Both the position numbers and the translations under genes were made by a program. Shown here in pieces: positions 1-12,000 of a DNA stretch of 64,000 nt. Origin of the DNA: Daphnia carinata (Eukaryota); NCBI RefSeq assembly GCF_022539665.2, contig NC_081331.1, forward strand, positions 3,720,001 to 3,784,000, in the 5' to 3' direction. The stretch's first letter is position 1. Each line of letters begins with the position of its first letter. The notes under the pieces are model-generated. The model was not told the origin of the DNA and did not search any database. It saw nothing but the letters and a program-made list of their open reading frames with translations.

Positions 1-3000
1 AACACGGCCGATATAACCCCACTCTGATCGACTGACGCTATAGATCATCGAAAGATTTTATATCGATAGTCACGAATCGTGGGATTCTATACAGACAAGC
101 TATATAACTGCATCAGTTCAAAGGTCGTCATCTTTCTTGGTCTATGAGGAAAACAAAAAACGGCTGGTCACGCGGACTCGCATGAATTTCGAAAGCGAAC
201 CGAAGGTAACGAGGACACACCAGTTAATGATAATCATCTCTCAGAGGAACAACAATAGTAATAATCATAATAAGACAATGACGACGAAAATAATGTGAGA
301 TGGCGTCATTGTTGAACAATAATTTAAATATATCATTATTTCGTGTGGGGAGGAGCTGATGCACATGGAATTATACGCCACAGATATGTATATACACATT
401 TCGAATATTTAGATTATTCGTGGATACAGAAAATTTATATAGGTGACGCCTCGGGATATGACGCGTGATAGGAATATACAAGTCTATTTTCGAGATACAA
501 AAAAGTTTGACAGGTGCATCACGGATGTGGGGTGTCTGTCTTATTTCTCCAGTGTTATAACGATGCCACTGCTGGGCTGCTGTTCTAACCAAAAAGGGCC
601 GTTTGTGTACATGTCAGCTGCTAAATAACTAAAACACATTTTCCCCGACTTAATCTTTTGATCTCTTTATGTGTCTACGTGCCTGTTCTACGGAGAAGGT
701 TTCGATATAAGAAGTTTTGTTTTTCTTATAAAGACATACAGAGCCAAGGTCGACATTAAAATTGGCAGACATCAAAGCCCTTCGTTATTATTACAGACGC
801 CATTTTTGTTACGAACAAAAGGAGTTGAAATTCTTGTTGCGTTGGCGTCTCTACAAATTTTTCCAAACAAAGAATTGAATTCCAAATGCGTGTACTGTAC
901 CAGCAACTGTAGACGTATTTTTTAAAAATGTAATATTGATATTTCCTTTGGCCGTCTATAAGCGCCAGAGATTGAATCCAAACGCTGCGTCATTGATGGA
1001 TCGCTGGCAATGCATTTGAAAATTGTCGCTTAAAATTTTCTGTTTTTTTTTTTAATAGAGATAAAACTTGTTCCAGGTGTGGATAGTTTGTTGCACTTGC
1101 GAGTAAAGAATATTCGGGACGTACACATTTGTCAAGCAAAAAAAAACATGAAACAGGTTCAGCTTTCTTTTTAACGGCTCTCTCTCAGTTCTGGCAAAAT
1201 CTAATCACTGCAGCCACCAACAAGTCCATGTGACTAAACAAGAAGAACATCCCATTTTCGTTTTTTTTTCAAAATGTTGTTTCTCCTGTTAACGACAGAG
1301 AAAGAGACGACGCTCGTATATTGTTCAATTATCCTACTTCGTCCATCAAAGGCCCTTGAATTCGCCCTGGAAACAATGAGGTGCCCTATAACGTAAAAGG
1401 CAAAGCTTCGAAACGAAGAATCCCGTGAGAAATAATAAAAGAAAAAGTTCTGTCTATTTTCCTAAACATAAAAAAAAGACGTGGTATCAGCAGCGGGCTA
1501 GCTATTGTGCACATACAGGTACAGGTTGGACAGGTTGTTGTTGTGGCCACACCACCTTAAGGCACTATATCTATTTAACTTGTATACACACCTACACGTT
1601 AACTGTCGCTATCGAAAAAGTATTGGGAAAAAAAAACCATCATATAACGGGCGAAGCACGATGTCGATGATGCTGGTGGAAATTTGTTTACCTGCAGAAT
1701 AAAGCGCGGGTCGAACAGCGACAGATTGCTGATTACACTTGTTGGCCAGTTTGATGGTCATGAGGAAGCAATCAAGATTTCACATTGTTCCCGTCGCCTC
1801 CCTCATATAAAAAGACACATTTTGCATAACTGTATTGGTTGGAAAAGATTAACATAACGGTACATACAGTATACATTCACTCGCAATCACAAGGCAAAAG
1901 GGTTTAAACATTTGTAAAAATATCAATCAGCTATCTGTGCTCCAAACTGCTGGATGAATGGCGTAAACGAAAAACGTCTTGAAACAAATTAATATTTTTT
2001 ATTTCTCCGTAAAATTCGTGAAACAATTCCTCGAGTCATGTACCTATAACCTCATTTACAAAAATGGAAGGTGGAGCGGGGGGGGGGGGTGGCTGCGTGG
2101 GCGGTCCCGTCTGCTTTTTTTTGGGGGTCTATAGCGGCAACTAGCAGGGGGTTCTTATTTCTAATTGTTATGGGAGGCATATCATCGGAATTCGTCCAGT
2201 CTATGTGAAAAAAGGGGGCCCTATGTGCTTATCCATTATAATACACAAACAAAACAAAACAAAAAAATGTAACAGACGACCTGTCGGTGTGTGTACCTGT
2301 TACAAGCAGCAGGTTGTTTTCGTGTGCGCACCTTTTCTTCTTCCTCTCACAGGGGGCCTAGAACAGGTAAGGCTGATGAATAGACACCCAAATAGACGTA
2401 GAGAGCTGATACATCCTATATAGCTTATAGTATATAATAGATTGATGGAATTTTACCGTCTCATCGGCCTCGCCCTGCTGACTCAAGAATATATAACCGT
2501 CTATCGATTTATGAGGTCAATGTGTTCTAGTATCATCGTTTTCTTTTTATTAAATATCTATTTTTTACCTATGCTGTTCTTTTCATTTCTCTCGTTAACA
2601 AAAACATTGGCTCTTTTTTTTTGTCCACGTCATTAGCCGTTTTCAACAGTTTAGAGAACCCTCACGTGCTGCGGGACTGACCGCAGATAGAAGCCCATTT
2701 TTGTTTCCCTTGACCTCATATCGAATACATGTTACGTATCGGTATGTATATCCAAAGTGAACGGCACCACTCTAGCCACCTCCATCATCTACGTGAAGAG
2801 TGGCTAAAAAAAGTTTAACAGTTTTTTTTTCTTCTTCGTGTGTGGCTGAAAGAAAACGCTCTCTTTTAAACGTATGCGTAACAAAGTCTCCGAAGAAATG
2901 GCGCCCGACAAAAAAACTTTGGGTTGTTTCCCAATTTACAATTCAATATACATTTTTATATCGCGGTGGTGACTTTCACATTTTCAAAATGGAGGCTGCC

Positions 3001-6000
3001 CTTTATTTTGTATGTATATTGTTTTGAAAGGGTATATATGCGTATGGCTGTGTATAGCTCTTATTACATTAAGTATGAATAGGATGGTATAAGAATTTCT
3101 ACGTTCCAGTCCCGATACCTGTTCTCTCTCTCTCTAAATCTATTGGCTATATTTAGGTCTATACATAAGTGCGGATATAACAAATAATGTGATCCGATTT
3201 GGCTTTTTTTATTTTTCATTGGATCAAAAAAAGCGACCTCTTCCTTTATAGCGCAATAGTCGTATAAGCAAATGGCCTATCGGTACGGTCAAGTGTATTG
3301 GCTCGCTCTTTCTGTTGGGTGTGCGCATTCGTAAAAGTATATACCCAACGTGATTGAGTTTCATGATTTTTCGTTTTTTATTATAATTTTTTTATCATTT
3401 AAATTCCGCGCTCTTGTTCTGTTTTTTTTTTGTTGGGCAAACTAAAATGAGATAGAAAACAAAAAGTGGTTTTAATTTTACCGTTTTCTATTATTAAAGA
3501 AGGGCGCGCATTACGTTTCATAGTTCATTCATGAAACCTTTACTCGGCTTTTTTTATGTGATGAAAGCGAAGAAGTGAGGGGATACCGAACAAAAAAGAA
3601 TTTTTTTTTTTTTTTTTCAAAAAGAAAAACATCAAGAGAAAAAGAGAATGGCTTTGCTTATAGCGTGCCCGCTTTGAATTTTAACAAGCACCGCACCAGC
3701 GACCCTGAAAAGTTTACTTGCGCATCCCAAGGGCACAGGTGTTTACCTATAACTAGAAACTCTTCTTTCTTCCTTAAAAACCTTGTTTCGCCATTTATCA
3801 GACATGAAAAAAAATAGAGAAGTGAACCAGAATTTCAGACCAGCAGTTAGCAGTTAAACTACGAAAACTGTATGGAGTGAAGGTAAAATACCTGGCCTTT
3901 ATCCAGGTGTATAGTTCAGGAATTTTCAAATATTTATCAACGGAATTATAGAGGGCAAAAAAAAAGGAGCACACAGATTTGCCGACTGAAGGAAGGGTCG
4001 CTCTGTCTACGGATTCCGACGGTAGAATTTGAAAATTGACGGTAAGCCACACAGACACGCCAATCAGTCGATGATGTATCGACTGCCGCCGTTTCTCCCT
4101 CATGCCCGCCAGCTAAATCCACTATGGACAAGCTCAGTATCGAGTCACAGCTTTCTGTAACATGTGTATAATGTAGGTAATAGTTGTGTTTGTTAGAGGA
4201 GATTCATCATTTTCACCTGGATGAAGCGATACACACGTACATGCAACTGTGATGTTACCAACGTCTTCCTCCGCCCCATCCTGTAACGTCTTGTGGTATT
4301 AAGAACCTGCAAGAGAAAAAGGGAACGCACTGGAAAAATCAAACGTTTTTGTTGCTTTTTAATGTGTCTGCGTTTTTACAGGTACGTACCGAGAAAATTA
4401 AACGTACCTGTTTGTCGGGATTCATCCGGGTGTGTACACAAGTTTAATGTATAAATCTTTTATAGGATTCCACGTGTGTATGTGTATCGCAAACTGAGAA
4501 AGAATAAAAATGCGACGATGAAGAAACAGGTGAAGGTCATGTGCATCTACCTGGATGGAAGAAGTGACAACATTTTGCTGGCCCTTTTTAATGCTACGCT
4601 GTTCTGTGTGGGGCGCACAATATGTTTTTCTTTGAATCTCTTTTTGATGATATTTTCTCTTCCTTTTTTTGCGGGTGTTCACGTCAAGTTCCAGAATCTC
4701 TTTTTTTGCCCGACACACAAAAACATTTCAGGTCATATCCCATGATTTCAAACACCTTCACACACAGAACGCATATATAATAAAAGACGGGCAGCAGCAG
4801 CAAAAAAAGTGAGATATAGCCAGCAAAAAAAAAAAAAATGAGAAAGAGAGAAGCTAAGGAAAAACCACACACACACAGACATTTGTAACGGAAATTTTCT
4901 TGTGTATCGGTAACAGTAATCCGTGTGCAGGTATAAAAAAAGTAGGAAAGCAATAGACACACAAAAAAAGAAATAGTCTTTCATCCATTGAAGATAAAAA
5001 AAGATTTTATTTAACCTTTTGCACAGGACACAAATAACATTTTTTTTTTGAATGACAGAATCAGGTGGATATCAAATAACCCAAACTCGCAGTAGAAAAA
5101 CGCGTAGTAAATATACACTCCCAAAAAAAGGAATATGTTTATAATAAGGAGAAAAAAAAAGCACTTAAAAATAACTATATTTCTTCCTTTTTTTGGCAGC
5201 AGGCAATCATTTCAATAGCTCAAATATTTAAAGAAATACATTTTATGCTATTCATCTACATTTGAAATGAGCCATCCCAAGAAAGCAAAAATTATTCTGC
5301 TATATTAAAAAAAAAAAAAGAAAGAAGTTCTTTTGATCGTAGACTAGGGGAGGAGAAGAGTGTTGGGTATCTAGTTTTATTACTGCAAACTGATGTGTAC
5401 CTTCTGTGGCAGGTTTTCTGTTCGAAAAAGAAGAAAGTCCATCACGTGTGTTGCTCTTTCAACTGATCACGAACCGCTACAATGTAGGGGGATGGTTTTT
5501 TTTCCCACGTCCTGTCTCGCCCTCTCCATCCGCATCGCAATAAAGCATGATCGAACAGGCGCCTCTATGTGTACTACACAGAGGACACACACATTTACGC
5601 ACTAAACCGATTTGAAGTGAGCGACGCACATACACGGATTGAAAACATTTGGGGAAAGTTTCGGTCCCAATCGATCTATTTTTGGAGGGGAATCTAAAGA
5701 TGATGAATTTTTTTTGGAGGGGAGGAATAATAAAAGAAGTATCCATTTCACGATTCGATGAATATCTATAAGCCCCTCTATTATTATAAGGTTTAGATAT
5801 TCAAAAGGTAATTTTTTTAAATGTAGCGAATATTGCGGGTTTTTTTTGTTGTATATGTGTAACATTGGAAAATGATGAAGGTTAATGCGATTTTTCTTCC
5901 TATTGTTATTGCGTAAACAGCGTGTTATTGAATTTCATTCTCCCATTTTTGTGTATAATTCTCGTTACTATCGTTGTTTTTCCATAGTTTTTTTTCCAAT

Positions 6001-9000
6001 TGTATTACATTCTTATCCAGACAACTAAAATAAAAGAACTTTGTGTGATATTGCAGTAGGAAAATATAAGGCGGAAAAAACATTTTTTCCTCCCTTTTGT
6101 TCAATCGTCTTCTCAACAGAAAGCAGAGTGGATGTTTTTCATATAAAAGTATAGACCGGTCGTCTACTACACTTTGTCTCCATGTCAATCACGAAAGACG
6201 TTCCTTTTTCCATCTCGAAAATAAAACATGTCTGCCTTCAAACTTTTTTTTTTCCTTTTCTAATAGTTCTTGTCTCCGAAGGCACCGACAAAACAGAAAT
6301 TCTCTTTTCTCTTTATTCACATTAAATGGACCTACCGCCAACCCAGTGGCAAAGAAATGCGTGTTACAGCACGCACAGGGATTGAACAGGTTAAGGTTGG
6401 ACGCAACTTCAATACCCAAAAAGATCAACGTTTTATTAATACGTAAAAACAAATTCTGCGTATGTCTCTATTATTCGATTTTAGTATTCGAATTATAGCG
6501 AGACTTGCAACGTCCATTTTTGACTGCCCATTCAAAAAATAACAAACAAAATCTGTGATGTCGCGCATCCGCGTCGCGATGTCCAGTCGAGATAACAAGG
6601 CCGTCGCCTACCAGCCTTCGGTTGATGGTCTTTTGCTGTCCGCTCTTAGCGCCCCAAAACCTTCTATGATGATCAGACCTGTTGTGCTGGTGCATATTAC
6701 GTTGTGGCTATAATACGGGGGGGGGGGGATTTTATAGTTTGCCGCTATTGCTGCGTTTGTCAATCTCAAAGCACCGTCTATCAGCTTCGATTCAATATGT
6801 ATACACAAGTGTGGGTCATAAAAATACAACAAAAATGTCCTTCGGAAAAGGTAAACCAGTCCGCTTCGAAGCTCAAGAAAATTAACATTGATATGATAAA
6901 TATCCGTAAGTGCATTTGTTTCTGCGCTCGAGCATTGTTGACATTTAGCTCTCTCCGTGTTGCCCAATCAACGGCACACATCTCGCTTCCCGCATCATGC
7001 GCCTTCGTCGTGAACTCCAAGATATCCACAGATGTGCATTTGAAACGGGATTGCCGGTGTTAGTGCGTGACGAGCGTGAAACAAAACATTTATTCAATTT
7101 TATCCGCTAGTTGCTGCGCCAGACAACTGTTTATTCATCAGCCCAATCAAAATGAGTGGACGTAAAGATTATGAAACAACGGGAAGTTAGTGGGGATTGG
7201 GGAAATATTCATCCCGTGATTCGGTTATAGATTGGCTGTTATTTTATTTTTACTTTGGATGAAACGTTTTCATTTGATGCTGTGGACGCACATCTCTCTT
7301 GAACGGGTGACTCTTTAACCTGTTGCGCAGTTTCACGCGCCTTTAACCGGTTACCTCGAGAACTGCGTAATCTCGTGAAACGGTACTACGTCTATCTTTT
7401 TAAAAATAGACATATTAAATCGAGAGAAAGAAAAAAGACCATGGTAGGGAATGTAGATATAGCCCATTAAACAGCGCCATATGATTTTTCGTGATTTTTA
7501 GCCTGTCACTTTGTTGATTACTCACGACCGCTGGGACCAGTTTTCCCACAATTTTCCCGCAATTCCATAAAACGGGCGGTAAAAATTACACGACAGTCAA
7601 ACATCGCTAAAGGGAGGCTGTTTATATACACACTAAAGAGGACGGCGAAAAAAATCTATATAAACCATAAGTCCACATCAGTTTTCAAATGGTTCAAGAA
7701 AAAAAAAGATCGTATATTTTCCGTTTTGTTAAAAAAAAAGGCCTCCATCAGAAAAGAACTTGATGGGTGGCGGGGGCTGGTATACCCTTTATTTGTTTTC
7801 TTGGATTTATTATATTAGTCAAGTCTTGGCCTTTTTCCGTGCATTTTCCCCTGCCGTTTTGTCGACGTTCTCCTAGGACAAATCACGACCGCAATTTTCC
7901 CTCTCTCTTTTTAGTGATTTCAAGGAGAAAACATGGGTTTTATAGAGGGCAAGGCGAGTGTGTGACAGACGAAGAGAATGAAAGCAGAAGAATTTTTGTC
8001 GTTTCAATATTGAAAAAATAAATAAAAGTCGGCGAAAACGAAAAATACGAGTCCGAGATTTATGCGCTCGTTCGGCCCACTCCGCTTTTAACCCGTATAA
8101 GCAGGTATATATGTATAAGGTATTTATATTTCCATATCCCTCAAGCCTTCTTGCAGAATCGCTATTAAAAAACACTCGGAAAATCAAATATTACACGAAA
8201 AAAAAAAAACGCGAAATTTCATTCTTTACCTGCCTCTAGAATTCTTTCTTTTTTTTTTATCGGCATCTAAATGTTCTGATAATTGATGATCTTCGATCTG
8301 AAGTTTATTTTTTTGTCAACACAGCACCTAAATGATGAGATTCATTTTTAAATGGGGTCGGTTATTATTTTCTATTCTCAGCCGCAAAGTTTAGTTTTAC
8401 CCAATTTTGGGATGTTTTATTATGCACGAACGTTGAACAAGAAAGAAAAAAAAAACTTATTTTTAGTCCCATCTGTTTAAAAATATATATATGTATGCTT
8501 ATACAATCAAACAGATTTCCTGTGTGTAAAATGTTTTAAAGTGTTTATTTACTTATTTTGTGTGGCCTTTTTTTTTCCTTTTCCCACCAGCGAAATTGAG
8601 CTCATGAGGAGGAAAGAAGGAGGACTAGAGAAGGGAGGAGTTTCTATAGGTCCGGGTCTGTGGACCATTTAACAATACAAATGTTAGAACGCACAATAAG
8701 AGAGGCGAAAGAGAACACTGCACATTGTTGGGCTACACGTTTAGTGTTGCACGGGCTGACGACGATAATGGGAGAAATTTAAAATCCACCAGTTCCGCCG
8801 CATCCGCCGTTAAAAGGACAGGGCCTGCGGCAAGTTTTGCGCTTCCAATTTTTAAAAAAGGTTGTGCACACAAGAAGAAAGCCTTAGAAACGTTCTTTTT
8901 TTAAGGGAACAGGATTGATGGACCACTTCCGCAAAGCCGCCCAATCTCATGGTTTTATTTTATTTTTTTATTCTAAGCCAATTCAGTTTTCTTTTTGTTT

Positions 9001-12000
9001 CCTTTTCAATCATCTCGATATAGGATGTGTGTCATTCGATCCAGCACTATTATGTACCACCAAGAGAGTTTTGTAAGAAGAAGAATCATTTTATTTCTTT
9101 TTTGCTTGATGTTGGCTGGCCTCTTCTTCCTTCTATTGTTGCTGACGTTATCATCCTCATGCCGGACAAATGGGGAGCAAATTGAATGTCATTCAAAGCT
9201 AATCTTGATATATATTTCATTTTCTTTTTTTGGGCCCCCCAAAAAAAAAAAAAAAAGAACAATTCTTAAAGAAAGAAGAAATTCGACCCTTCTCACTCTG
9301 TGTGGTTGAGATAGTTTTCTCACCAATTGACCTGGATACTGTGGGATGCTATAGCCAAAAATTCTTCTCTTTTTTTTTCTATTCTATGTTTTTCTTTCCC
9401 TATTCATATCGGTCAGGTCAGCTTCCCACACGGCACCTGATCTGCATTGGAACTATATAGCCCCAAACATTTATTATGCAAGAAAACAAAAAATAAGAAA
9501 GAGCGCCAGGAAATACATATAGACAACCTACAAGAGGGTTACATAAAGAACGAGTTCAAAAAAAGAAAGAAACATGTTTCATGTATATGCGAAGAAAAAA
9601 AAAGGAATTACGTGAATGACTGGAACAAATTATACTGTCCATTCACCTTGTCTCTAAATGTATAGACCTATTCCATTTTTTATAATCCAATAAGGAACAA
9701 TATAGATTTCTATACAGGCCATTTAGGCCCCTCTCAGCTGTCACGATGATATCATAGACTGGCATATAATAAACATTACTTTTGCATTTCGAAAAGCGCG
9801 TGAGCAGCAGGTGTGGCCTAACACAAGAAACACATTATTCTATTCACAGCATTACTTTTTTTTTCGTCTTCTTAAGCAAAAATTGTCGTACTTAATTTCC
9901 GATTGAAATGAACTCGTTTCGACACGGTTCACGTTGAATCGTAATCACCATCTTCGACAAACCTGTTGCTCTACCGTCGTTCAACTACCAAACAAAATGA
10001 TAGGAAAGAGGCCCCAAGTTGATGGTATAACCGCGTACGTCAAAAAATAAATAAATAAAAGACTCTGCATGGAACGAGCAATGCGCTTCACAAGAGGTCC
10101 GTTTAGCCTATTTCGATATATGTACAAAAAAAAAATAAACATGAGTTTTTCTCCCAGTTGGCGGAGGTTTGCTGTTTGGGAGGCGGAAGGACTTGTCGCG
10201 GGCGCGCGTCGCTCGACGGGACCCTCTCGCAAGTTTTGGCCGGGCCCCGATGAATAATGGAAACGAGTTCTTTCTGTGTTTTCTGTGCCTCCTACTGGCT
10301 GCCAGCATATGATTCTTCGTGAATGAGAATATCATGTACATAACGATACAAAAGAAAAGAAAAAAAAGAAAACGTTTCGAAACTCTCCTTTTAGTCAAGT
10401 AATAATAAAAACAAAACCAAAATAAAATATTCGTATATAAAAGAAAACGGAGGTGAGTAAAATGGCACGGGTCAATGCCATCAAGTCAGAGAAGTTTCGA
10501 CATTTTCAAAGCGTTTGTCACGCGCTCAAATTTCCAGGTAGCCACGGTTGGGCGTTCGTCGTTTGATGACGGTGTTGAAGATGACCGCAAAACCAGTCGA
10601 GTTAGCAACAAAACAAGAAACTTGCGTAAATTCAGCAGGTAACATTAGAGATCCACTGTAAAAGCATGTGACAAATCGACGGCTAATCATTCACGACAAA
10701 TGACAGTTGAACGGCACCAGACAGTGAAATGCAGCAGCTTTTGTTGGCTCACGCGTTACCGGTCTTGGCTGGATATGTTGCGATGGTCGTGCACGAAATA
10801 GACGAGCATAGTTGGCGAGGGAGAAATTGTTGAATGGATTCGTCTGTCAAACGCATTTGGGCATGTTGGTTATCAAATGGCACGGAAAAATAAGAGATTG
10901 GCGAAATTCAGCGAAACGGGCAGGTCCAGCTGAACGTGAAAATAATAGAATGTTGTGCCCGTTTGTTCTACGATTTCTCATGCAAGTCTATAGACAAAAC
11001 GAGTCAGGAAAAAAGGGATCACTGAACTCGGCAGGATAAAACGTCCCCCTTGAAAATGGAAATCGATTGACGACGAATTCACTTAAACCTGACATTTTAT
11101 CATAACCTATACCAAGAAAATGCAGCACACCCTGACCAAACGTGGCAAATACTCCCGAGTTGTTGCAGCAATATGATGAAATGTTGGATATCCATTTGGT
11201 TTTTTCGGTTGTCATTTTGTTTAAACGGATGACTCAAATGGAGCCTAAGATTTTGACGAGATTAGAGTGATGGGTACGTACAACCCGTTGAAAAAAAAGG
11301 GCAGAATGAAATTGCACTTTTCGTTTCTGTATTAGGGCGAAGGTGAAAGTTCCCAAAGAATGTTCTAACATATGAATGCAAAAGCGAGAAATGTCTACGT
11401 GTTTTTGTGAGCCAATACGAAGCAGGTGATATAGTCCCACCTTGAAAAAAAAAACGAATAGAAAAAGAAATAAAAAGGGAAAACAGACGAAAAGCGAAGG
11501 ACGAAATGCCCCCAACGAGAAACAATCCCGAACTCGAAAAGAAACACGTATATAAGAAAACAGCTAACCAGATACGACCGGTGGTATCCCCGTCGAGTCA
11601 ATACGCATACGTTTGAATCGCAAATTAGAAGAATATCTTCATTTTTTCCTATCCACGAAAATGGGGAAACATGTCGTTTTCCTTTTTCAAGAAAAGAAAT
11701 ACAGACCACCACCAGAGGAGAACGGAATAAATAAAAATAAAAAACGAAAGGGATAAATAAGATTCGTTTGCTGCCATGATCTATAGTGTTGTGATGGCCG
11801 GACATTATTATCTGACTAGGAGATCGACGTCGTCGCGTCTTTATTTTTCTTCCCCTTGTTTCTTTCTTTTTTTTTTGTTTTGGAAGAGGACTTTTTTTTT
11901 TTTGCTTTTATACTGCATAACTCACTGTGCTCAGAGCATTTTTTTTTTAACTTGTGCTACCTCTAGAAAGAAAAAAGCTGTCATTGGCTTTTCGTGAGTT

